Origin: Elusimicrobiota bacterium | GTDB taxonomy: Bacteria > Elusimicrobiota > Elusimicrobia > Elusimicrobiales > UBA9959 | Assembly (NCBI GenBank): GCA_019135865.1 | Contig: JAGVVD010000037.1 | Span: 12,771-76,770 of the forward strand | Direction of reading: 5' to 3' | DNA: 64,000 nucleotides | Part shown: piece after piece, positions 15,394-23,184 of the stretch | Position numbering within the stretch: position 1 is the first letter of the stretch | Layout of the letters: each line of letters begins with the position of its first letter | Notes under the pieces: generated by a model | What the model was told of the DNA's origin: nothing | Databases searched by the model: none | What the model saw: only the letters and a program-made list of their open reading frames with translations | Made by a program: the position numbers and the translations under genes

Positions 15394-16170
15394 CTACTTC
15401 GCCAGCACGGGCTGGAAATGTATCACGCGCAGGAACTTGTCGGCCTTGAGGCTCTCGCCCCCGACCAGCGCGCCGTCTATATCGGGCTGCGCCATCAGCT
15501 CGTCCACGTTATCGGCCTTCACCGAGCCGCCGTAGAGTATCCGCACGGCCGCGGCGAAGTCCCTGCCGTAAAGCCTTTCCATCTGCTTGCGCACGAAGGT
15601 GTGGGCGTCCTGCGCCTGCTCGGGGGTGGCGGTCTTGCCGGTGCCTATCGCCCAGACGGGCTCGTAGGCGATGACGACCTTGGCGGCGTCGGCCGCGGGG
15701 ATGCCGGCGTAGGCGCCGGTCAGCTGGGTCTCGAGCACGCGGTAGGTCCGCTGGGACTCGCGCTCCTCCAGCGTCTCGCCGATGCAGAGCACCGGCAGCA
15801 GGCGCGCCTTGAGGGCGGCCTTGACCTTCTTGTTTATCACCTCGTCGGTCTCGAGGAAGATCTTGCGGCGCTCGCTGTGGCCGACGATGGCGTGCGAGCA
15901 GCCGGCGTCGAGCAGCTGCGACGGGGCGACCGCGCCGGTGAAAGCGCCTTTCTCCTCCCAGCAGACGTCCTGCGACGAGAGGAATATCCTGGAGCCGCCC
16001 AGGGCGGCCTTTACGGCGTGCAGGCCGGTGAACGACGGGGCCAGCAGCACGTCGTGCTTCAGGTCCGGGTCCAGGCCCTTGTTTATGGCGGCGGCCAGAT
16101 CGGCGGCCTCCTTCGCGGTCATGTGCATCTTCCAGTTGCCGGCGATAAGGGGTCTGCGGTTCGGGTTCAT
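15394..16170 (-). CDS. tpiA: Triosephosphate isomerase
   Basis: PLIAGNWKMH, VGHSERR and IAYEPVWAIGTGKTATPEQA are the canonical TIM catalytic motifs. 258 aa, with GAGGAG upstream of the ATG. Confidence 0.95.
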   Translation of the reverse strand: MNPNRRPLIAGNWKMHMTAKEAADLAAAINKGLDPDLKHDVLLAPSFTGLHAVKAALGGSRIFLSSQDVCWEEKGAFTGAVAPSQLLDAGCSHAIVGHSERRKIFLETDEVINKKVKAALKARLLPVLCIGETLEERESQRTYRVLETQLTGAYAGIPAADAAKVVIAYEPVWAIGTGKTATPEQAQDAHTFVRKQMERLYGRDFAAAVRILYGGSVKADNVDELMAQPDIDGALVGGESLKADKFLRVIHFQPVLAK

Positions 16171-16186
16171 TTCGGGTCTCCTCGTT

Positions 16187-16744
16187 TCAGATCAACTCGT
16201 TCAAAAGTTCTTTGCGCGGCTGCGGTATGACGACCTTCTCGACCAGCAGCCCGCGGCGCGCCACCACGGCGGCGCCCGCCTCCACGGCCGTCCCGGCCGC
16301 GGCCACGCTGCCGGTCAGCGTCACGAACGCCTTGCCGCCCAGCGCCATCGCCAGGCGTATCTCGATGAGCCGCACGTCGGCGGCCTTGACCGCGGCGTCG
16401 GCCGCTTCTATCAGCGCCGAGACCGAGAAAGCCTCTATAACGCCCAGGGATTCCAGCTCGCCGGCCGGGCCTGTACCCTCGATGGCCGGGAAGACCTGCG
16501 GGTGTATGTTCGGGATGACGAACTGGTCCACCAGCGCGTGCGCCGCCTTCGAGGCGCCCGCTTCGACGGCGGCGTTGACCGCGCCCACCTCGCCCGAGAC
16601 CAGTATCACGTACTTGCCGGGACAGATGGAGCGCGAGACCAGGATCCGCACGTCGGAAGTCTTGAGCATCGCGTCGGCCGTCTCGAGCCCCTTCGCTATG
16701 CTCGAAAGTTCCACTCCGCCTATGGCGTTAAGGTTGTTGGCCAT
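16187..16744 (-). CDS. BMC-T shell protein, PduT-like (tandem BMC domains, retains the [4Fe-4S]-ligand cysteine context)
   Basis: IGGVELSSIAKGLETADAMLKTSDVRILVSRSICPGKYVILVSGEVGAV... closely parallels Salmonella PduT as I recall it ([46 protein letters not shown]). Cys41 codon at 16622-16624. The second domain is [25 protein letters not shown]...GGKAFVTLTGSVAAAGTAVEAG. 185 aa, against ~184 aa for PduT. Confidence 0.88.
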   Translation of the reverse strand: MANNLNAIGGVELSSIAKGLETADAMLKTSDVRILVSRSICPGKYVILVSGEVGAVNAAVEAGASKAAHALVDQFVIPNIHPQVFPAIEGTGPAGELESLGVIEAFSVSALIEAADAAVKAADVRLIEIRLAMALGGKAFVTLTGSVAAAGTAVEAGAAVVARRGLLVEKVVIPQPRKELLNELI

Positions 16745-16745
16745 G

Positions 16746-18092
16746 TCAGTCCGCCTTGATCTCCACGTAAATATGGTTCACCTTCGTCACCACGCCGTCC
16801 ACGCTGGCGTGCACGGGGCAGCCCAGCTTGTCGGCCGGCAGGTCGCCCACGACCTCCCCCCGCCGTACGCGCTGTCCCTCTTTCACGGAAGGGGAGCAGG
16901 GCGCGCCTATATGCTGCGACATCTGTATGCGCACCGAACCGGGCCGGTACTTGAGGTCCTGATAGGGGGCGTCCGTGAGATGATCCTCGAGGCCCAGCCT
17001 TTTTACCAGCCGCGAGACCGGGACCTTGCGGAAATCGCGCAGCGGATGGGCCTGGTTGGACGAGCGGCCGGCCAGCGAAGAGTTCTTGAGCCCGGTCTTC
17101 AGCTCCCGCAGGTCGCCCTTGGCGGCGACGCAGGCCTCGCGCGGATGCAGGTTCTCGGGGCAGGAGTAGAGGCTGCAGAGAGAACATTCGCAGCAGGCCA
17201 GGGCGTATTCGCTGTGCAGTTTCTTATCGGGACCGCCGGAAAAAAGCAGGCTGCGCATGACGCGGTGAGGCTGCACCTGGTGGCCCAGCAGGTAGCGCGG
17301 GCAGAACTCGGTGCAGAAAGAGCACTGGTCGCAGGCCGACTTGCCGATGCGCGAGAACACCGGCCGCGGCTGGGCCTTCTTCTGTATCAGGGGATGGTCC
17401 TTGGGCAGCACTATGAGCCCGCCGGAGGCCCTGTTCACTATGGTCGAGAAATCGGGGATGACCTTGCCCATCATGGGGCCGCCGTCTATGCCGGCGGGGT
17501 CCTTGACCGTCGCGCCGCCGCACAGTTCCACGGCCTCGGCGTAGGTCACGCCTATCGGCACCTTGAAAGTGGACGGCTGCTTCACCGCTCCGGCCACCGT
17601 TATCCATTTCTCGGTCACGGGCGTCTCTTCCGCGCGGGCGGCGTTGTAAAGGGTCTCGACATTGCTGACCACGCAGCCCACGTCGAGCGGTATGCCGCCG
17701 GCGGGAACGATCCTGCCGGTCAGTTCGGCGACCAGGCACTGCTCGTCGCCCGCGGGATAATAATCGCCCATGGGCCCGACGGAGATATTGCGGCGGCTCC
17801 GTGCTATCTCCTCCAGCCGCTTCACCAGCTTTTCGTGCTTGCGCTTGATGCCGAAAATGCCGGCGGAGGCGCCGACTGCCCGCATCATCAGCTCCAGGCC
17901 GTCGAAAACTTTTTCCGCGTGCAGCTCCAGCAGCTTCTGGTCCTTTTTCAGCAGCGGCTCGCATTCGGCCGCGTTGACCAGCACGAACTCCGCTTTCCCC
18001 CCCGCCTTGACATAGGCGGGAAAGCCGGCGCCGCCGGCCCCTACCACTCCGGCGGCGCGCAGCTTGGCGGCGAATTCCTGCTGGAAGGACAT
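16746..18092 (-). CDS. PduS/RnfC-like NADH-binding flavo-iron-sulfur oxidoreductase
   Basis: AAGVVGAGGAGFPAYVK...VLVNAAECEPLL is the Complex1_51K/RnfC-type nucleotide-binding region. There are two ferredoxin-type Cys clusters (CDQCSFCTEFCP and CCECSLCSLYSCP). The C-terminal segment QHIGAPCSPSVKEGQRVRRGEVVG...PVHASVDGVV resembles the RnfC barrel-sandwich domain. It starts 1 nt after the PduT-like gene ends. Confidence 0.85.
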   Translation of the reverse strand: MSFQQEFAAKLRAAGVVGAGGAGFPAYVKAGGKAEFVLVNAAECEPLLKKDQKLLELHAEKVFDGLELMMRAVGASAGIFGIKRKHEKLVKRLEEIARSRRNISVGPMGDYYPAGDEQCLVAELTGRIVPAGGIPLDVGCVVSNVETLYNAARAEETPVTEKWITVAGAVKQPSTFKVPIGVTYAEAVELCGGATVKDPAGIDGGPMMGKVIPDFSTIVNRASGGLIVLPKDHPLIQKKAQPRPVFSRIGKSACDQCSFCTEFCPRYLLGHQVQPHRVMRSLLFSGGPDKKLHSEYALACCECSLCSLYSCPENLHPREACVAAKGDLRELKTGLKNSSLAGRSSNQAHPLRDFRKVPVSRLVKRLGLEDHLTDAPYQDLKYRPGSVRIQMSQHIGAPCSPSVKEGQRVRRGEVVGDLPADKLGCPVHASVDGVVTKVNHIYVEIKAD

Positions 18093-18097
18093 CCTTT

Positions 18098-19327
18098 TTA
18101 TCTGGCGGCGACCATGCGCTTCTTGACGGCGGCGGCGAGGCGCTTGATGCCTTCGTCTATCTTTTCCGGGGAGGCGAAGGAGAAGTTCAGGCGCATCGTG
18201 TTCTTGCCGGACCCGTCGGTATGGAAAGCGGAGCCTATGACATAGGCCACGTTCTCCTTGAGCGCGTCCTGGAACATATCGTCGGCGCTCATCTGCTCGG
18301 GCAGGCGCACCCAGAGGAAGAGGCCGCCCTCGGGGTTGGTCCAGGTGACGCCTTCGGGCATGTTCTTCTCGAGCGCGGCTATCATCGTGTTCTTCTTGAT
18401 CCGGTAATCCTTCTTGATTATCTCGATATGCTTCTCGAAATAGCCGGTGCGCAGGAACTCGGCGGCTATGAGCTGGTTGAGGCTGGAGGTGCAGAGGTCC
18501 AGCGACTGCTTGAGTATCTCCAGCTTCTTGATGATCTGCTCGTGGGCCAGTATTATCCCCAGGCGCAGGCCCGGAGCGAAGGTCTTGGAGAGGGTGAACA
18601 GCGAGACGATATTGTCGGTCTTCCTGGTCTCCTTGTCGAGGCGGTAGAGCATCTTCGGCTCCTTGCCCTCGAAGCGGATCTGCCGGTAAGGCGAATCCTC
18701 TATGACGGCGACATTGTACTTGTCGGAAAGTTCGATGACCTTGGCCCGCTTCTCCTCGGAGAGCGTAACGCCGCTGGGGTTCTGGAAGTCGGGCACCAGG
18801 TAGACGAACTTGTAATGCTCGTCCTGCGATCTGAGCCAGGAGAGCTTCTCCTCCAGCTCCTCCGTGGAGACGCCGTCGTCCTCCAGTTTCACGCCGATGA
18901 ACTCGGCGCCGTAGGACTTGAAGACCTGCAGCGCTCCCATGTAGCTGGGCTTCTCGACCAGGACCGGATCGGCGGCGTCGATGAAAAGGCGGCCGACCAT
19001 GTCCAGCGCCTGCTGGCTGGCCGTGGTGATGATGAGGTTCTCCGGCCTGGCGTCTATCCCTTCGTACTTTTTCAGGAATTTAACGAACTCTTCTTTGAGC
19101 TCCGGCAGGCCGTCGGTCGGACCGTACTGGAGGGCGACCTTCCCCTTCTTGGCCATTATCTCCTTGACGGCATCCGCGACGAAATCGTAGGGAAAGTGAT
19201 CGGGCGACGGCAGGCCGCCGGCGAAAGAGATGATACCGGGCTGGTTGGTGGTCTTGAGCAGTTCCCTGATAACGGACGCTTTGGTGCGGCGGGGTGCGGT
19301 TGCGATGTTCTTGGCTATGTCTATCAT
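18098..19327 (-). CDS. PLP-dependent aminotransferase, class I/II (2-aminoadipate/aromatic aminotransferase-like)
   Basis: 409 aa. ...ISFAGGLPSPDHFP..., QYGPTDGLPELKEEF, SLFTLSKTFAPGLRLG (PLP-Lys context) and NPEGGLFLWVRLP. Its stop lies 5 nt before the PduS-like start. GC is visibly lower and the protein is Lys-rich. Confidence 0.85.
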   Translation of the reverse strand: MIDIAKNIATAPRRTKASVIRELLKTTNQPGIISFAGGLPSPDHFPYDFVADAVKEIMAKKGKVALQYGPTDGLPELKEEFVKFLKKYEGIDARPENLIITTASQQALDMVGRLFIDAADPVLVEKPSYMGALQVFKSYGAEFIGVKLEDDGVSTEELEEKLSWLRSQDEHYKFVYLVPDFQNPSGVTLSEEKRAKVIELSDKYNVAVIEDSPYRQIRFEGKEPKMLYRLDKETRKTDNIVSLFTLSKTFAPGLRLGIILAHEQIIKKLEILKQSLDLCTSSLNQLIAAEFLRTGYFEKHIEIIKKDYRIKKNTMIAALEKNMPEGVTWTNPEGGLFLWVRLPEQMSADDMFQDALKENVAYVIGSAFHTDGSGKNTMRLNFSFASPEKIDEGIKRLAAAVKKRMVAAR

Positions 19328-19417
19328 TGCGGCCTCCGGCTTTATATTCGGCGGACCGGTCCGGGCGTCCGCCGCGAGACTTATCAGGGAATAATCTACT
19401 TATTTATAGAGCCCCGT

Positions 19418-20710
19418 TCAAGGAGAATCTGGCGCGCCCGGAGCAGTCCCCAGCGCGGCCGAAAGATAGTCGGCGTTCTCGCGGTAGAACGCCCTCTTCT
19501 CCGGGTCCCGCGCCGAGGAAGCCAGGCGGGAGAAGCTTTTCAGGGCCTTCAGGTAGGCAGAGCGCCGGACCGGGAGCAGGTCCGCCGGGAAAGGCCTGCG
19601 CGTCCTGGCGGAGGCTTCCTCCAGGGAACGCAGCAGCAGGGCCAGGTCCGACACCGGCAGCCCGGAGCCTTTGTCCCGGACATGGGCCGCGGCCTCCAGT
19701 ATCGCCAGCGCCCCCTTGGTGCGCAGTTCCCTGGCGGCCGGGGACCGTTCCCCGGGAGGCAGGGTCTCCTCCGCCTGGGCCAGGCAGTCCAGGGCGAGGA
19801 TATAATCCCCGGCCTCCAGACCGGCGGAACCCAGCGTCAACAGCGCTTCCGCGCTGAAAGAAGGCCAGCGCGAGGAGTAGAAATTCTCCAGGAAGCGGTC
19901 GTAGGCGGCCTTTTCCTTCGCGGACTCCGCCGCCGCCCTCCGGCCGGCCTCGTACTCCGCGTCGTCGCCGGTGGCCAGCGCGGCGATCCTGCCCCCTTCG
20001 GCGCGCGCGCGGGCCCGCGCCTCGGCCCCGGCGAGTTCCGTGTAGCCCATGGCTTCGTCGCGCAGGTAGCGCGACCTGATGTATTCCCGGTACCTGTCCG
20101 CGTCCAGGGAAAGTTCTATGTAGCCGGCCAGGGAATGGGAGGTGTAGACGTCCTGCTCCTCCCCCCGCAGGAAAGCCCGCAGCAGGCCCGGTGAATCGGC
20201 CAGCTTCTCGTGGAAATACAGGTCCTCCGTGAAATACGCCTCGTATTCGAACTCCACGGGATTGGCGTCGGCCGCGCCGGCGCGGTAGCGCGGGTAGAGA
20301 TAGGACTGGAGCGCGTGGACCAGCTCGTGCAGGAAGAGCGCGTCGGCCCTTCCGACGAATTCCGCCCTGGCGGGTTTTCCCGCGTTGAGGATCTCGATCA
20401 TGCGCGAATCGCGGTAACCTTTGACCGCGAAGAACTCCTGCATATGCCGGGTGTTGAAGTATACGGCGTTCCCGACCGGGTCGTACCAGGCCAGCCGCTC
20501 GGCGGGAGCGCGGCGGAGCAGGAGGCGCAGTCCTTCGGACTCGGGCCTGGCGTCCAGCCTGGAAAAGAACTCGCGGCCCGACGGCCGGGCCTCTATGACC
20601 GCCCGGAACTCGCGCAGCAGCTTCGCGCTCAGCGGGTCGTCGTACCGGTAGGCGGCGGCGGGCCGGCAGAGGGAAAAAAGGGCCAGCAGGGCGAGGAGTG
20701 TCTGCCGCAT
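19418..20710 (-). CDS. Hypothetical secreted protein with an HExxH zinc-metallopeptidase-like motif
   Basis: Signal peptide MRQTLLALLALFSLCRPAAA (start moved to ATG 20710). Single motif LFLHELVHALQSY, with an alpha-helical, TPR-like C-terminal half. No family recognised. Confidence 0.55.
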   Translation of the reverse strand: MRQTLLALLALFSLCRPAAAYRYDDPLSAKLLREFRAVIEARPSGREFFSRLDARPESEGLRLLLRRAPAERLAWYDPVGNAVYFNTRHMQEFFAVKGYRDSRMIEILNAGKPARAEFVGRADALFLHELVHALQSYLYPRYRAGAADANPVEFEYEAYFTEDLYFHEKLADSPGLLRAFLRGEEQDVYTSHSLAGYIELSLDADRYREYIRSRYLRDEAMGYTELAGAEARARARAEGGRIAALATGDDAEYEAGRRAAAESAKEKAAYDRFLENFYSSRWPSFSAEALLTLGSAGLEAGDYILALDCLAQAEETLPPGERSPAARELRTKGALAILEAAAHVRDKGSGLPVSDLALLLRSLEEASARTRRPFPADLLPVRRSAYLKALKSFSRLASSARDPEKRAFYRENADYLSAALGTAPGAPDSP

Positions 20711-20808
20711 CCGGATATTATATAGGATTTGACAAGGCCGGGATAATAACATAAATTGGCTCCTGCGGCGGTAGCGCCGCCGATTTGAAAGTTGACAGGG
20801 AGGCGATC

Positions 20809-21021
20809 ATGTCCGACAGGAGCGGAGAAGTAGTTTCCTCTTTCCTTCTGGGCGCGGTGCTCGGCGCGGTGGCCGGGGTGCTGCTGGCCCCCTCTTCCGG
20901 CAAAGTGACGCGGGAGAAGCTCGGCGACTGGCTCGACGAGACGGCCGAGGGCGCCAAGGAGAAGCTCGAAAAGATGGAGGAGGAGATAAAGAAGCGCAAG
21001 GAGCAGCTGCTCAAGGATTGA
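20809..21021 (+). CDS. YtxH-like small membrane-anchored protein
   Basis: MSDRSGEVVSSFLLGAVLGAVAGVLLAPSSGKVTREKL...EGAKEKLEKMEEEIKKRKEQL is the typical YtxH pattern: a Gly-zipper TM segment, APxSG and a charged helix. GGGAGG lies upstream of ATG 20809. Confidence 0.75.
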   Translation: MSDRSGEVVSSFLLGAVLGAVAGVLLAPSSGKVTREKLGDWLDETAEGAKEKLEKMEEEIKKRKEQLLKD

Positions 21022-21039
21022 GCCGCGGCTCTCCGCGCG

Positions 21040-21072
21040 AAAAGGCCCGGCGCCGGAGCGCCGGGCTTTTTT
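21040..21072. terminator. Bidirectional intrinsic terminator between convergent genes
   Basis: Stem gcccggcg (21045-21052) pairs with cgccgggc (21059-21066) across the loop ccggag. It is followed by tttttt (21067-21072) and preceded by aaaa (21040-21043). Confidence 0.8.
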
Positions 21073-21084
21073 CATTGCCGGGGC

Positions 21085-22686
21085 TCAGAACTCGGAGGCG
21101 GAGGAGAAGATGCGGAAATCCAGGCGCGGAAAAAGGGCGTGGTCCCGCTCCAGCGCGGCGAGGTTCCGCTCGTCCACGCGGCGCTCCAGGACCTGCGTCA
21201 GCAGTTCCTCGGCGTTGCGGCAATGCCCGCGCACGCGCTCGCCGGCGTAGCGGGAGTGCGAATCGATGTAGAGCAGGAAAGGCCAGTCGGAGGCCTGCGA
21301 CAGCAGCACCTCGCGCGCGGCCTGGTTCAGCGCGCGGCTGGAGACGTGCGTCAGGTCGTGGCTGCGGAAGCGGTTCGCCATCTCCACCATCCGTTCGGTC
21401 GCGCCCAGTATCGGCGCGTAGATGGAATCGTTGGCCTGGTTGAGCCAGGGGTCGAAGTAGCCCTTCTCCCCCCACGAGGAGAGGTCGGGCTCCAGCTCGG
21501 GGGGCTCCTGGCAGGAATTCAGGTACTCGGAAGGGGTCACCAGCTGCAGCGGCAGACGGTCCTGCCGTATGCGGCGTATGACCGATTCCAGGAAGGCCGG
21601 ACCCTCGAACCACCAATGGCCGAACAGTTCGGCGTCGTAACAGCCGGTGATGACCGGCCTGTTCCCGCCGTTGGCGGCGCTGATGGCCTCCACCTGCGCC
21701 AGCCGCTTGGCCAGGAAATCCGCCGCGTGTTCCTCGACGCGGGCGAGCGCGGCGTCGGGATCGTAAAGTTCCTTCTTCGCCAGGTCCACCTCGCCGGTGA
21801 TGCGGTGGTATTTCAGCCCCAGCGGCCGGCGCTGGCCGCCCAGCCAGGGGTTCAGATACCCTTCCTCCCCGTCGTAGCCGAGGTCGCGGTAGAACTCGCG
21901 GTAGACCGGGTCGCCCGGGTAGCCGTAGCGGGAGCTCCAGACCTCGCGCGAAGATTCGCAGTCCCGGCCGAAGAGGGAGAGCCCGTTGGCCGTCCGGTAG
22001 GGAGAGTAGACCCCGCGCGGGGCGGACGGCGAACCGAACTGTACGCCGTGGGACTCCAGGAAGACGAAATTAAAGCCCGAGAGCTTCAGATAGGTCTGCA
22101 GGCGCCTGTCGTAGGCGCATTCCGGCAGCCAGAAACCCGAGGATTTGCGGTTGAAGCGGTCCTCGTAATCCTCCGCCGCCACGGCTATCTGCGCGCGCAG
22201 CGCCTCCGGCCGCGGCAGCAGGGGCAGCACCGCGTGCGTGGCCGAGGTCGTGATGATCTCTATGTGGCCGGCGGCCTGGAACTGCTTCAGCGGCGTGATG
22301 ATGTCGCCGCTGTACTTGTGCAGCAGTTCGGCGGCCTGCTCGTAGACCCGCTGATAGAGCCGCACGGTCTTCGCCAGCGGCTCCCGGTCCCCGGCGCGCT
22401 CGGCCTCTTTCTCCAGCAGCGCCAGCCGCGACTCCACGTAGGAGATCAGTTTCTTTTCCAGGTTCTCGTTCTCGAGCATCGCGCCCAGCGTGGGCGAGAT
22501 GGAAAGAGTGAGGCCGGCCTTGATGCCGTCCTTCGCCAGGCTTTCCAGCATCGTTATCAGCGGGATATAGGTCTCTACCACCCCTTCGAAGAACCAGTTC
22601 TCCTCCAGGAAATCCGGGCTGGAGGGGTGGTTCACGTACGGGAGATGCGCGTGCAGGACCAGGACGAGGGAGCCCTTGGCGCTCAT
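21085..22686 (-). CDS. GH57-family glycoside hydrolase, probable alpha-1,4-glucan branching enzyme
   Basis: MSAKGSLVLVLHAHLPYVNHP...FLEENWFFEGVVETYIPLI... is a GH57 N-terminal signature. 533 aa with a helical C-terminal region. Start moved to ATG 22686, because the ORF-track N-terminal 99 aa are Arg-rich junk and this ATG overlaps the upstream gene stop (ATGA). Confidence 0.85.
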   Translation of the reverse strand: MSAKGSLVLVLHAHLPYVNHPSSPDFLEENWFFEGVVETYIPLITMLESLAKDGIKAGLTLSISPTLGAMLENENLEKKLISYVESRLALLEKEAERAGDREPLAKTVRLYQRVYEQAAELLHKYSGDIITPLKQFQAAGHIEIITTSATHAVLPLLPRPEALRAQIAVAAEDYEDRFNRKSSGFWLPECAYDRRLQTYLKLSGFNFVFLESHGVQFGSPSAPRGVYSPYRTANGLSLFGRDCESSREVWSSRYGYPGDPVYREFYRDLGYDGEEGYLNPWLGGQRRPLGLKYHRITGEVDLAKKELYDPDAALARVEEHAADFLAKRLAQVEAISAANGGNRPVITGCYDAELFGHWWFEGPAFLESVIRRIRQDRLPLQLVTPSEYLNSCQEPPELEPDLSSWGEKGYFDPWLNQANDSIYAPILGATERMVEMANRFRSHDLTHVSSRALNQAAREVLLSQASDWPFLLYIDSHSRYAGERVRGHCRNAEELLTQVLERRVDERNLAALERDHALFPRLDFRIFSSASEF

Positions 22687-23105
22687 AGGCTCTTCCTGTA
22701 GAACTCGCCGCTGGTCGAAGCGGGCCCGCAGGGAGCGGAGCCGGCCGGCGTGGCCGCCGGTTCGCTGGAGAGCAGCAGTTCGCGTCGCCCTTCGGAAGTA
22801 TCGGCCCGCAGTTCCACGAAGAAAGCCCCCCCGCCGGGCGGCACCGAGACGTAGAGCCGCTGGGAGTCCCAGCGGCAGCGGTATTCCCCGACCGGCTCTC
22901 CGCCGGGATGGCGCAGGACGGCGACCGAGATCTCGGGAGCGAAGAAACCGGAGCCGAAATCCTCTATCTTGGCCGCGGTCCACTGCCAGCAGGCGAACAT
23001 TTCCGAAGGGTTCTTGGGCAGCAGGAAAAGACGGTCCACCGAAGCTTTCGCCGGCGCGCTGTCGCTCGTCCGTTCAGCGGTCTCCATACGCATATAATTT
23101 ACCAA
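22683..23105 (-). CDS. Small protein co-transcribed with GH57 (DUF4912-like)
   Basis: The segment DRLFLLPKNPSEMFACWQW...RCRWDSQRLYVSVPPGGGAFFVELR resembles the DUF4912 proteins that I recall preceding GH57 genes. The start is uncertain (ATG at 23105, 23093 or 23087). Confidence 0.5.
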   Translation of the reverse strand: MVNYMRMETAERTSDSAPAKASVDRLFLLPKNPSEMFACWQWTAAKIEDFGSGFFAPEISVAVLRHPGGEPVGEYRCRWDSQRLYVSVPPGGGAFFVELRADTSEGRRELLLSSEPAATPAGSAPCGPASTSGEFYRKSL

Positions 23106-23184
23106 AAAAACCGTCCCGTGGGAACAAGTTTAATTTTGTAGAATTACAGGCGACGGTCACGAGTTCTTCCAAGGAGATCCCGTA

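Noticed and set aside
15220-16230. ORFs at 15220-16230 and 27299-27574 that begin with the identical peptide [27 protein letters not shown], which looks like a duplicated gene
   Set aside because: The shared peptide is just the translation of the near-identical B-type repeat units. Downstream, the two ORFs diverge completely into antisense sequence of tpiA and ligA. This is a repeat, not a gene family.
16212-20194. Plus-strand ORFs of 677 aa (16212-18245) and 657 aa (18221-20194)
   Set aside because: They are antisense to the PduT-like, PduS-like, aminotransferase and HExxH genes. All four of those have family-specific motifs on the minus strand.
21085-22983. Extended N-termini in the ORF track: GH57 as 632 aa, lptD as 822 aa (43164-45632), phosphoesterase as 753 aa (58379-60640), BMC-P as 131 aa (12875-13270), BMC-T as 201 aa (10868-11473)
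   Set aside because: In each case the extra N-terminal residues are Arg-rich or run through a neighbouring gene or repeat. An internal ATG with a Shine-Dalgarno-like sequence or a stop/start overlap begins exactly where family similarity or a signal peptide starts.
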